This document shows positions 10,560-19,985 of a stretch of DNA of 64,000 nt, one piece after another (positions within the stretch are counted from its first letter, which is position 1; each line of letters opens with the position of its first letter). The position numbers were made by a program, and so were the translations under genes. The notes under the pieces were generated by a model. The model was not told where the DNA came from. It did no database searches and was given only the letters and a program-made list of their open reading frames with translations. Origin of the DNA: Candidatus Borrarchaeum weybense (GTDB lineage Archaea; Asgardarchaeota; Sifarchaeia; Borrarchaeales; Borrarchaeaceae); NCBI GenBank assembly GCA_019057385.1, contig JAHQJS010000005.1, positions 32,001-96,000 on the forward strand, in the 5' to 3' direction.

Positions 10560-11426
10560 CTATGTAAGGGCATCTGCAATGAGTGATGCAACTGAAATTT
10601 TACTTACTTCACTTAGAACGGAGTCTGTTCCAATAATTTCTTCAACTTGTGCTTGCATGATACGCGTTCGTGCATTTTGGATAAGTAAAGCATGTGTTGC
10701 CCCTACAAAAACCCTTCTCGCCCCTTGTGCCTTTAGCATTTTCGCAGCATTTACAATTGTACCGCCTGTTGAAATAATATCATCTATTATAACCGTATCA
10801 CGCCCTTTAACATTAAGTTTCACTACTTCTGTTTCAATTTCTCCAGTAATAAGATCTCTTTTTTTGAAGCAGCTACTAACATCTGCATGGAGCGTTTCTG
10901 CTACTTCTTTTGCCAAGAATTCTGCTCCTTGATCAGGAGATACAATATATGGGTCTTTCAAATCATACTTTTTTAGATAAGTTCCAATAGCATTCATAGC
11001 GCTTAGATTGATTATGGGCATTTTAAATTCACTCAATACCGCATCTTCGTGAATATTAATCGTATAAAGTTCGTCCACGCCAATATTTTCAATCAAACGG
11101 ATAATTGTCTTTATACTTATTGCCTCTCCAGGTCTGAATCTTTTATCTTGTCGTGCATAGGCAAGATATGGAACGATCGCAGTTATTTTGGACGCAGCTA
11201 ATTCCTTTACTGTATCTAGAAGCAAAAAAAGTTCAATAAGATGCGGATCAGTAGGAAATGTAGATTGAACAACCGCTACATGTTCACCTTGAATATCTCC
11301 ATCGATTCTTATGTAAGCTTCCCCATCTGGAAACCGCTTATAGTCCAAAGGCACTACTTTTGCTTTTAGCAAATTTCCTATTTTAAATCCTAAAATCTGT
11401 GACGCAGGGCCAGGTATTACAATCAT
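10560..11426 (-). CDS. prs: Ribose-phosphate pyrophosphokinase
   Basis: FPDGE, PYLAYARQD, SPDQG, DDIISTGGT. Confidence 0.95.
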   Translation of the reverse strand: MIVIPGPASQILGFKIGNLLKAKVVPLDYKRFPDGEAYIRIDGDIQGEHVAVVQSTFPTDPHLIELFLLLDTVKELAASKITAIVPYLAYARQDKRFRPGEAISIKTIIRLIENIGVDELYTINIHEDAVLSEFKMPIINLSAMNAIGTYLKKYDLKDPYIVSPDQGAEFLAKEVAETLHADVSSCFKKRDLITGEIETEVVKLNVKGRDTVIIDDIISTGGTIVNAAKMLKAQGARRVFVGATHALLIQNARTRIMQAQVEEIIGTDSVLSEVSKISVASLIADALT

Positions 11427-11690
11427 ATTGTAACCTCATTAGTTGATCGTATTATTCTTGATGAATTTTGTCTCTTTCTAGAAAGAATTCCTTCTAAAAT
11501 CGTTGTCATTGTCTATCTTTATTATTTCTAATTTTTTAATTAGATGTATCTGCATAACAACTATGTTTAAAAACAAAACTCTGAAGCCAAAGGGATTAAA
11601 TCAAATGGACTATTGTAGCTTATAAAAGAGTGATAACACGCCCCCCATTTCTTTAAGGGATTAGTATTTCTCTCTAGTTATAGGTTTCTG

Positions 11691-12254
11691 TTAACTTTTT
11701 TTTCGGGCGATAATAACTACTCCAATGAATAAACCTATTACAGGCAAAATATATACTCCTAAAAATATTGCTGATGGATTTTCAATTGACCCCTGAGGAG
11801 GAGTCCATAATTTCGTTTCAATACTAATTTCAACCGTGTTTGAACTCACAGTAAAACTTTCTCCAGTTAATTCGAAATTGATTTCAGCAGCTTCTAGCGT
11901 ATGATTGCCTGAACTTCGTGCTTCAAGGATGTATGTGTGGTTAATGCTTTCAAGTGCATCAATACTAGACCAAAATTCAATTAAAGAACCCGAAACTACA
12001 AGAAATGCGTCTGGAACGGTATCAATTAACTCTACGTTTCGTATTGGTAATGAGTTTTCATTGTTTATAGTTACCGTTACATTTAATCTGTCGCCTGTTC
12101 CTATGATTTCTTCACTAACAGTTTTCTCAACATTAACTCCATTATTTTGTTGATATTGGAGTGCGGTGGTTGTATTTACAGAAAGAATTGCCCCACATAG
12201 CAACACAACAGTCAACAGTGCTAATTTCTTAGGATTAATAATTTCTCTCACCAT
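11691..12254 (-). CDS. Signal peptide + Ig-like domain + C-terminal TM; TRAP-beta (SSR2)/DUF11-like
   Basis: Hydrophobic N-terminus; VELxD..F.VVSGSL...W..I......HT.IL.....G pattern matches TRAP-beta as I recall it; single C-terminal TM with basic tail. Confidence 0.6.
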   Translation of the reverse strand: MVREIINPKKLALLTVVLLCGAILSVNTTTALQYQQNNGVNVEKTVSEEIIGTGDRLNVTVTINNENSLPIRNVELIDTVPDAFLVVSGSLIEFWSSIDALESINHTYILEARSSGNHTLEAAEINFELTGESFTVSSNTVEISIETKLWTPPQGSIENPSAIFLGVYILPVIGLFIGVVIIARKKS

Positions 12255-12560
12255 TTGTGAAATTTATTGTTTATTTTTATCATTACAATCTAAATGGTGG
12301 TACCATATTGGAAGGGACTGAAAATCTATCCCTATTTAACTTTATCGGCGAGGAGACCTCGTTTTCTAAAACAACTAAATTATGATTTTATCATACATTT
12401 TTTTTATGGACAGATGGACGTGATTGCAAATAGATTAGCAAGTTAGGAAAAAGTAGCGAGGTTTTTATATCTACTTGTTCTTTGCAAGTGAAGACTTTGA
12501 TAATGAAAACCTTCCCAAAGTACTGTTTAAAAGCCAAAATAAAATAAAGAAGGAAAGAAA

Positions 12561-12746
12561 ATGCTAAAAAAGTTTTTAAGAAACAAAAAAGGCTCGCCTT
12601 TGATTGAAGAGGTTATGTTAATTGGGATGGCAATTCTTATGTTTGCCTTGGTGATTAGTTTAATATTTGACATCTTTAATTGGACTGGAGCATCAACGTC
12701 GGAACTATACCAAGAATTGGCCAATCTTTGGAGCGAATTTCGTTGA
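12561..12746 (+). CDS. Small class III signal peptide (type IV/Flp pilin-like) protein
   Basis: Basic leader LRNKKG|SPLIEE with Glu at +5, followed by a hydrophobic helix; 61 aa. Confidence 0.65.
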   Translation: MLKKFLRNKKGSPLIEEVMLIGMAILMFALVISLIFDIFNWTGASTSELYQELANLWSEFR

Positions 12747-12901
12747 TGAAATAAGATCAAGTTTTTAAACATTATGGAGCCTTAGATCATTGTTTGAAAT
12801 ATATTGATAACAATTAGCAATCAATAAAGTTTTTTCTCCTCCCTAGAAAACTAGGAGAACCATTGTACTTGTTATAATATTTTTTAACACTTAGATACAA
12901 G

Positions 12902-13114
12902 TTGAAGACAAAAGATATTTATGTAATCAATGTAGTTTACGCACATGGAGGATTATACGTGGCTCAGGTGTACATAGATGCATTAACGAAATGGAAGGCT
13001 ATGATAAAATTACTAGAAGGAGAGAGTGATGCTTCCCGAGATAGGGGTCTCATAGCCGCAATATTAGTTATGACGGCAGAATTCATAAAATATAGAAAAG
13101 GTAGTAACGAGTAG
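12902..13114 (+). CDS. Small hypothetical protein (likely start GTG 12959)
   Basis: GGAGG 7 nt before an in-frame GTG; no recognisable motif. Confidence 0.3.
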   Translation: MKTKDIYVINVVYAHGGLYVAQVYIDALTKWKAMIKLLEGESDASRDRGLIAAILVMTAEFIKYRKGSNE

Positions 13115-13276
13115 GAAATGAATATACTTTTTAGGAAGGACGCAACTAACCGCCTTTCCATTTTCTGTCAATACCCTTATGAATCTTGTTAGTAGCGCTC
13201 ATCTCTTAATTGAAATAAAGATTGTTCCAAATATATTATTTCAATTAAATATGGAATAACTTCTAACTAACTAGAA

Positions 13277-13867
13277 TTAACTCTTTTGAATCCACTTAAG
13301 GTATTTCTCGATATATTTCTCTTTGATATTCGTTCGCATCAGTTCTTTTTTAATAATATCTAAAGGCATATTTTCGTCCTTTAACGACATATAGAGTTTT
13401 GTGATAGTTTCTCTACGTTCCCAAGGAAAAACTATCCACTTATCGGTTTCAAGGATCCAGTAATCCGGGTTGCATTTGCTCCAAGGCTTCATATAGAGGG
13501 CCGCTACACGTACATCTGATGCACCAGATTCTTTTATATGGTCAATGGCTGCCAGTAGACTCTCGCCAGTATCAGCTACATCATCACATAATAGTACCTT
13601 TTTCTTTTCAACTGATACAGAGATGGGTTGAACAATTCTTGGTTTTTCTTCAGTTTGATTAATATCAGCGTAGAATTCAATCTTTATATTCGCCGTTAGA
13701 TTATTTTCTGAAAAATCGGAAAGCAGTCGAGCAGGAATCCAACCTCCTCTTGCTACCCCTACAATAATATCAGGAAAGAACCCATCTTGTAATAGGTTTT
13801 CATATAATTCGATAGTTATATCATATATTTCGTCCCATGAAGGTGTAACGAACTCCACCAAATACAT
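13277..13867 (-). CDS. Purine phosphoribosyltransferase (HGPRT/XPRT-like)
   Basis: GVARGG, LLCDDVADTGES PRPP loop, WIVFPWE. Confidence 0.9.
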   Translation of the reverse strand: MYLVEFVTPSWDEIYDITIELYENLLQDGFFPDIIVGVARGGWIPARLLSDFSENNLTANIKIEFYADINQTEEKPRIVQPISVSVEKKKVLLCDDVADTGESLLAAIDHIKESGASDVRVAALYMKPWSKCNPDYWILETDKWIVFPWERRETITKLYMSLKDENMPLDIIKKELMRTNIKEKYIEKYLKWIQKS

Positions 13868-13941
13868 TCCTCCAGAATTCCTAATGTATCTTCTGATGTA
13901 ACTCTTTTAATTCGGGCATACTAAGTGTTTTCAAATTAATA

Positions 13942-14553
13942 ATGTGGTCTCTAATGAATTCTAAAAATGTCTTGATCAAGTCTCTAGAGGTTAATTATTT
14001 ACATTTTAAATTTGTTGGAGTGACTGGCTTTCGAGGTATAAAGCCTTTCAATATAGACAAATTATTAGGAAAGATAACAAGGCTGGGGAATGAAAAAAAT
14101 GTCACAATCCAACTTTTTGATAGTGATTTGATTGCCACATGGGAACATCTATTTTTTGCAACTCTCCACGGAGTCAAAGCATTCTTGTATTCTCGAAATA
14201 TCTCAAAATCGTTAGCAATTGAATCTCTCATATATGCATCTGGTCAAAGACAGATAAAACTTGCAGTAAAAGTTCTAGGACTTAAGCCAAAGACTAAGAA
14301 TTGTGCTTTATTACTAGTAGGAACTTCTCCAGAGAATATTGAATCCGTTGCAGAGGAGGTTTATAGATATTTAGGCGGTAAATTAGACTTGAGTGTTTTG
14401 GACATTGATGAATCAAAGTTCAATAGAATAAAGACGACTTTCGATGTATCTGATACCGAAATTGACACACTCATTTCAAACAATACATGGGACGATCAAA
14501 AAAATGCTTTAGTAAAACTTATACTCGAACGACTTGCATTTCTTCATTTCTAA
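13942..14553 (+). CDS. cgi121: KEOPS complex subunit Cgi121
   Basis: HLFFA...NISKSLAIE.LIYASGQRQI..A...LGL. Confidence 0.9.
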   Translation: MWSLMNSKNVLIKSLEVNYLHFKFVGVTGFRGIKPFNIDKLLGKITRLGNEKNVTIQLFDSDLIATWEHLFFATLHGVKAFLYSRNISKSLAIESLIYASGQRQIKLAVKVLGLKPKTKNCALLLVGTSPENIESVAEEVYRYLGGKLDLSVLDIDESKFNRIKTTFDVSDTEIDTLISNNTWDDQKNALVKLILERLAFLHF

Positions 14554-14587
14554 TTTATAAATCTAAACAGTCCCTCATTTAGGAGAA

Positions 14588-14740
14588 GTGAACTACCTCA
14601 CGCTAAAGCGGTGAGGCTTCCTGTTTCTGCGACCATACTTGCCTCAACGTAGGCTATCTGATTCAGATACTCCAACATTAAGGTAGAGGTATTAGTCTCC
14701 ACAGGCGTGACTTCGGTAGGTCCCCTACCTAGTAACCTAC
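14588..14740 (-). ncRNA. Predicted omegaRNA (reRNA) scaffold of tnpB element 1; 5' boundary approximate
   Basis: Overlaps the tnpB 3' end and right-end hairpin, the established arrangement for TnpB. Confidence 0.55.
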
Positions 14741-15887
14741 GCCCTTCGTGTTCTAGCACACAACTGCTGTTATAATCACGGTCTATCACTAGACCACAGT
14801 GGTGACATGCATAGGTGCGTTCGGCTAAACTCATGGGGCGCTGATGACCGCAACGCGAACAAGTCTTTGTGGAGGGGAAGAAACGGTCAATTTCCACCGG
14901 TGTATGCACCTTTATTTCAAGCATGCGAATGATTCCACCGAGGCTGGTTGACAGCATTCTTCTACCCCACAGGCGTTGCCAGGCGCCTAAATTCTCATTT
15001 TGATAACATACTACTTGAAAATTGGTGTAGAGGTAATGAACGAGTTTATTGCGGATGTCTCGTTTAATATTGGTGGTTTTGGCGTAGGCTTTGAGCAACT
15101 TATATAACGTTTTCCACCAGTTCTTACTACGATACTGTTTACGACTAAATTGCTTACACAACTGCTTTATCCGGCGTGTAACTGGTATCTTGTATCGTAT
15201 ACGTATCCCATTCGACAGCGATAACTGATTCTTTACCCCAAAATCAATGCCAATTGATTTGACTGGCGCTACCACCACCGGTCTGCTTTCTCGCGGAGTA
15301 TAGGTGGTTATTGCTATGTAATACTCGCCATTCTGGTGAAGTAAGGTGGCATTAGCATATTCACAATTGGATGGTAGTTGTTCTAAACCGTTGACACGCA
15401 GTTTTTGCGGCATCTTTTGAAGCTGCAAGTATTTGCTATTGATGAGCTTGTAGGTATTGCCGTACTGCTTGAGTGGGGTGGACTTCACATACGACTTAAA
15501 TTTCAACCACCCAATCTTGTGACCCTTGGCTTTCAGACGTGCTAAGCCACGGATATTCTGCTGGGTGCGCTTAATGATGCTCTGACGTACTTGCGCCGGT
15601 AAATGCCTTAATTGGCGCAGCTCAAACCGGTCTTTCACCTTCATCGGGACGGCTGTTATTGTATCATCGATAGAGAACACGTTAGGATGCCCAACACAGT
15701 AATTATAAAGCCATTTAGCTTCCAAGAATAATCGATTTAAGTGAGTTAATGAGTCTTGGTTTAAATGTGAGCGGTCTAGCTTCACGGTATACACCCGGCA
15801 CACCATGTGTTTACGCCGCTCCTTAGTGTCCTTCAAGGTAGCTTTGATCCGCTGGTTCTTTGTTGACATGACACAAGTGCTCCGCAC
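14598..15887 (-). CDS. tnpB: TnpB RNA-guided nuclease (probable start ATG 15869)
   Basis: RuvC GIDFG, ENL, DRDYN; PSTKTCSRCG..CHHCG zinc finger. Confidence 0.93.
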   Translation of the reverse strand: MRSTCVMSTKNQRIKATLKDTKERRKHMVCRVYTVKLDRSHLNQDSLTHLNRLFLEAKWLYNYCVGHPNVFSIDDTITAVPMKVKDRFELRQLRHLPAQVRQSIIKRTQQNIRGLARLKAKGHKIGWLKFKSYVKSTPLKQYGNTYKLINSKYLQLQKMPQKLRVNGLEQLPSNCEYANATLLHQNGEYYIAITTYTPRESRPVVVAPVKSIGIDFGVKNQLSLSNGIRIRYKIPVTRRIKQLCKQFSRKQYRSKNWWKTLYKLLKAYAKTTNIKRDIRNKLVHYLYTNFQVVCYQNENLGAWQRLWGRRMLSTSLGGIIRMLEIKVHTPVEIDRFFPSTKTCSRCGHQRPMSLAERTYACHHCGLVIDRDYNSSCVLEHEGRRLLGRGPTEVTPVETNTSTLMLEYLNQIAYVEASMVAETGSLTALA

Positions 15888-16101
15888 AACTTACAATAAC
15901 TCGTTAATAATGTACACTACAATTTCTCACTGTTTGTACTCCATCCTTGTTTATAAACTCAGCAAAAAGTAGCACAAAGTTAAAAAATGTACTATCCTGA
16001 CACCATTCATCCCCAAACTCAAGCAATGGGGCTTTCTTGCGTCGTAACATGTAAGATTGCGGAAAAAAAGAAAAAAGGTATCAAAGAACCTTCAAATTTA
16101 G

Positions 16102-16371
16102 TTATTTTCCAATGATTATTTCCATTGCACTTACGTTCCTTGTGCCTTCAGATGTGTTTATTTGTTCTGTGCTAATCCTTATATCTTTGACGCCCACTTC
16201 TGGCATGAAACGTTTTCTTAAGATTTCAGCTACATCAACTGCTCTGCTAATTGCACGGCCTCTAGCCTTTATGGTAATATCGCCTGCGCCTCGGTTTAAC
16301 TGAGTAACACATGCAAGGACATAGTTCATCACTGGTTTATGACCTACGAACACAGTGTTTTCATCTGCCAT
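16102..16371 (-). CDS. albA: Chromatin protein Alba
   Basis: [29 protein letters not shown]; start moved to ATG 16371 after GGGGTG. Confidence 0.96.
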   Translation of the reverse strand: MADENTVFVGHKPVMNYVLACVTQLNRGAGDITIKARGRAISRAVDVAEILRKRFMPEVGVKDIRISTEQINTSEGTRNVSAMEIIIGK

Positions 16372-16462
16372 ACTTACACCCCTTGAATTGGTTTCTGTCA
16401 TATCTGATACCTAAGCTCGAAAGGCTCTATAGATAAGAAATTCGGGTCGTTATAGATATACT

Positions 16463-18799
16463 TCATTTAAATGCTTTGTCTTTAGTCAGTTTTGATGCTC
16501 CAGCAATTGCTTGTCCTATAGAGATACCTCCATCTCCTGGAGGAATACGCTTATGTTGTACAAATCTAAGATTGCCTTGAGTGACATTTTCCTTAATAGT
16601 TCTCACTATAAAATCGTTATAAGCGACTCCTCCGCTAACACCAATCACATCAATTCCTGTTTCCTTTGCAATCTCAACCGCTATGTCAGATAGACCTTTT
16701 GCGATAGCATATTGTGCAGTGCTGGCTATGCTTTTTGTTGCGATCCCTTTTTCTTTCAGTTTCAGTAAATCTAGAAGAATTGTTGAGGTATCTAAAAAGG
16801 TTCTTCCCTTCCTATGTTGAATATAATCTTCGATAGAGAGTTTTATTGGTTTCCCTTCCCGTGCAATGGCTTCTAATCTAATAGCAGGTTCTCCTTCATA
16901 AGATCGAAATTGACAAATGTCTAAAAGCGCAGAAACTGCATCAAGAAAACGCCCTGCGCTAGTAGTCATAGGTGTATTAATATTTTGTTCCAATTGTTTC
17001 AACATAACATCTATTTCTTGTTCTCCATGTTTAAATCCTTGAATGCAATACGTTTTCAGAAGATTTCGAACACCATCTTCACCAATTTCACTGTATAAAG
17101 AACCTCCTAGCATTCTGCACGGATAGTATGTGGATATATCCCCTCCTGGCATCGGTTGCGGCATTAGACTTCCAGGTCTTGTAAATGATCTTAGATCACC
17201 TTCAAGAATTTCTCCTCCCCAAGACTGTTCATCAAAGGCTCCATACCCAAATCCATCAATTGCAATAAGAATTATAGGTTCAGATATTTTCATATCTACC
17301 ATAAGTGCCTTAAGATGGGCATCATGATGCTGAACTGGAATTAATTCACAATTAAATTCAGATGATAGTTCTTTTGCATATCTAGTTGTTAGAAAATTAG
17401 GATGCAGATCACAACATACGACATCTATGTTCTCAGGAATAAGCAGATTCAAAAAGTGATTAGTCGTCTTTCTTAAAGCGTTTAATGTTGTTAGATTGTC
17501 TACATCCCCTATATGCTGAGATATGAATGCTTTGTCGGACTTAATGATTGTTGCTGTAACATTCGTTTCAGGTCCTACACCAATAGCGTTTATGTCCTTA
17601 AAGGGGAGAGATATATATTCCGGGACATATCCTCTGCTTCTTCTAAGAAATGTTTCATTCTGTGCAACAATTTTCACAACAGAATCATCGTTTCTTTGAA
17701 AGATCTGTCTATTATGAAGTAAAAAGTAGTCAACAATATTCCCTAATTTACCAATGGCCTTTTCATTTTGAATGAACATCGGCTCGCTAGGCTGATTTGC
17801 ACTTGTCATAACGAGAGCCAATTCATCTAAATGTTTGAAGAGCAAATAATGAATCCCTGAATAAGGTAGCATTACACCAATTGTATCAAGACCAGGGGAT
17901 ATTTCTTCAGGTAAAACAGAAGGTGTTCTTTTCTTAAGCACTACTATAGGTCTCTGATAAGATGAAAGTAATTTCCGTTCTAGAGATGTTGGAATAGTAA
18001 ATTTCTCAAGGGTAGTCAGATTGGCGCTCATAACGGCAAAAGGTTTATTTGATTTTTTTCTACGTTTTCTGAGTTTAAGAACAGGCTCATCTTCGCTTGT
18101 TTTAACTGCAAGATGAATACCACCAATTCCTTTGATAGCTAGAACATATCCTTCAGAAATAAGACGAGCAGCAACTTCTATTGAATCTTTAACTTCTATT
18201 AATGTACCATTCTTACCATATAAACTAACACGCGGTCCGCAGATTGGACATGCCATTGTCTGTGCATTTAGCCATCTCGTTGTAGGATCTGTGAATTCTT
18301 TAACACAAGATTTGCAAAGAGGGAACTCCTTCATTGAAGTTCTTTCTCTATCATAGGGTAAACTCTCAATAACACTAAATCTAGGGCCGCAATTTGTACA
18401 ACTAATTAAAGGATAATTATAGCGACGCGAATTTTTGTCAAAAATATCCTTTCGACAGTCATTACACATCGCAATATCTGGTGGAAAGACAGCACCCTTT
18501 GGTGATCCTTTCTTCTTACTGCTTCTCCTTATAATAAATGAATCAAAATCTCCAACAAAAGACGTCCATTTTATTTTGAGACTTTCAATTCTCGAAAGAG
18601 CAGGTTTTTCTTTTTCTACTGCATCACAGAAAAAGTCAATTCTTTCTTTTTCTCCCTCAACAACGATTTCAACCCCTGCATCACCTAGGTTCAAAACATA
18701 TCCCTTCAAACCTAATCTGTGTGCTAATCGATAAATAAATGGTCGAAACCCAATTCCCTGCACAACGCCTGTAACGTGTAATTTTGCTCTTTTCTTCAA
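16463..18799 (-). CDS. hypF: Carbamoyltransferase HypF
   Basis: Acylphosphatase GVVQGIGFRPF, CTNCGPRF zinc fingers, CDLHP, QHH, PPGDGGISIGQ. Confidence 0.96.
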   Translation of the reverse strand: MKKRAKLHVTGVVQGIGFRPFIYRLAHRLGLKGYVLNLGDAGVEIVVEGEKERIDFFCDAVEKEKPALSRIESLKIKWTSFVGDFDSFIIRRSSKKKGSPKGAVFPPDIAMCNDCRKDIFDKNSRRYNYPLISCTNCGPRFSVIESLPYDRERTSMKEFPLCKSCVKEFTDPTTRWLNAQTMACPICGPRVSLYGKNGTLIEVKDSIEVAARLISEGYVLAIKGIGGIHLAVKTSEDEPVLKLRKRRKKSNKPFAVMSANLTTLEKFTIPTSLERKLLSSYQRPIVVLKKRTPSVLPEEISPGLDTIGVMLPYSGIHYLLFKHLDELALVMTSANQPSEPMFIQNEKAIGKLGNIVDYFLLHNRQIFQRNDDSVVKIVAQNETFLRRSRGYVPEYISLPFKDINAIGVGPETNVTATIIKSDKAFISQHIGDVDNLTTLNALRKTTNHFLNLLIPENIDVVCCDLHPNFLTTRYAKELSSEFNCELIPVQHHDAHLKALMVDMKISEPIILIAIDGFGYGAFDEQSWGGEILEGDLRSFTRPGSLMPQPMPGGDISTYYPCRMLGGSLYSEIGEDGVRNLLKTYCIQGFKHGEQEIDVMLKQLEQNINTPMTTSAGRFLDAVSALLDICQFRSYEGEPAIRLEAIAREGKPIKLSIEDYIQHRKGRTFLDTSTILLDLLKLKEKGIATKSIASTAQYAIAKGLSDIAVEIAKETGIDVIGVSGGVAYNDFIVRTIKENVTQGNLRFVQHKRIPPGDGGISIGQAIAGASKLTKDKAFK

Positions 18800-19112
18800 T
18801 GAATTCTCCTCAATCGCAGACTTTCTTAGATATTCTTGAAATCCATTATTACTCAGAGAAGTAAATGCCTTTTTTGAACTATTACAAAAAGGAATTCATA
18901 AAGAAATTGATTTGGACATGATTTCAGCATACAACTAAAATTTCTTTGAATTAAAAACAGATTAGAATGAAAGCAATTTAAATAATTATTCAATTTCAAG
19001 GGATTCCATCTTGAAGAAGAACGGAATATTGCTTATTTTTTCATTAGAAACCTATGGTTCTGTCATCTCGTAAATAGAAAATTAAGTGACAAAAATCAGA
19101 AGACCTACAAGA

Positions 19113-19850
19113 CTATGTTGTTTTAATAGAAAGACGTGAAACTTTTTCAGAGATGTCTCGCATCTCCTCTTTGATTTCTTCTATTCTGCCAGTTTCAATA
19201 TATGGCTCGGTCATCCAAACAACCCACAAGTAAGTTGAAAGCACACTTATAGGAGGAAGAGGGGCATTTATTTCATTACAGATCGTTTCCTTGACGAAAA
19301 GTTCATTTTCATACATCTGTACGATCTCTCGGGCATGGATAGAAAGCTCATCGACAAGTTTACTTACGTTAAAATGCTCCTCTGTATTAGTAATAAATTC
19401 TACAATTAGTTGACAGAATTCCACATACTCTTTGAATATTTCTCCATTTGTTAGAAGGTGTTTTACAGTTCCATTATAGATCTTAATAAATTCTTCTCCA
19501 ATTCTATTGCTCTTTTCTAACATTGACAATATAGTTGCTTCGAACTCACCTAATTCTTTTTCTAATTCCTTAAACTCCTTTACTATTGTTTTAAATCTAG
19601 GGAGGCTCTTTTTCAATTTGAGCATCGCATCTTCCATATTTTTTACAAGTTTTTGCCCTACTTTTTCACCAATATTTTCAAAATTCTTTAATTTACCAAG
19701 CGATCCCTTCTTTAGGTGCACCAATTTTGCCGCTATATTTTGTAGCTGGCTAATTACTTTCCAAGATTGTGATTGGATGTGATTCCAATGCCTTATCGAA
19801 TTTTCAAGTGTATTAAGAAGTATTGTTGGAAAGCTGTTTATATCTTCCAT
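19113..19850 (-). CDS. Helical-bundle protein resembling eukaryotic CINP/C1orf109
   Basis: C-terminal MYENELFVKETICNEI..LSTYLWVVWMTEPYIE resembles CINP MYRKELLLKRTVAKEL..LSYLSMWLHQPYVE (recalled, not searched). Confidence 0.55.
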   Translation of the reverse strand: MEDINSFPTILLNTLENSIRHWNHIQSQSWKVISQLQNIAAKLVHLKKGSLGKLKNFENIGEKVGQKLVKNMEDAMLKLKKSLPRFKTIVKEFKELEKELGEFEATILSMLEKSNRIGEEFIKIYNGTVKHLLTNGEIFKEYVEFCQLIVEFITNTEEHFNVSKLVDELSIHAREIVQMYENELFVKETICNEINAPLPPISVLSTYLWVVWMTEPYIETGRIEEIKEEMRDISEKVSRLSIKTT

Positions 19851-19985
19851 TCTACCACTACATAAGATATATGGATGTAATTCCTAAAAAAGATTTTGTT
19901 GAATGTATAGCGTTATATGATATGGTAGTGTAACGTAATAAACCAAACCTTAAGAATTAGTGATTTTGAACAATTCTTCAGATCT

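Larger units (their letters stand above)
14588..16050 (-). mobile_element. IS200/IS605-group element (tnpB only, IS1341-like); inferred target TTAC
   Basis: Minus strand left end: TTAC|15 nt|AAAG-CCCC..GGGG hairpin. Right end: GAAG-CCTCAC..GTGAGG-TAGTTCAC. GC-richer than host; no tnpA. Confidence 0.88.

Noticed and set aside
15888-16000. Possible tnpA remnant between left end and tnpB of element 1
   Set aside because: Too short, and no convincing transposase motif
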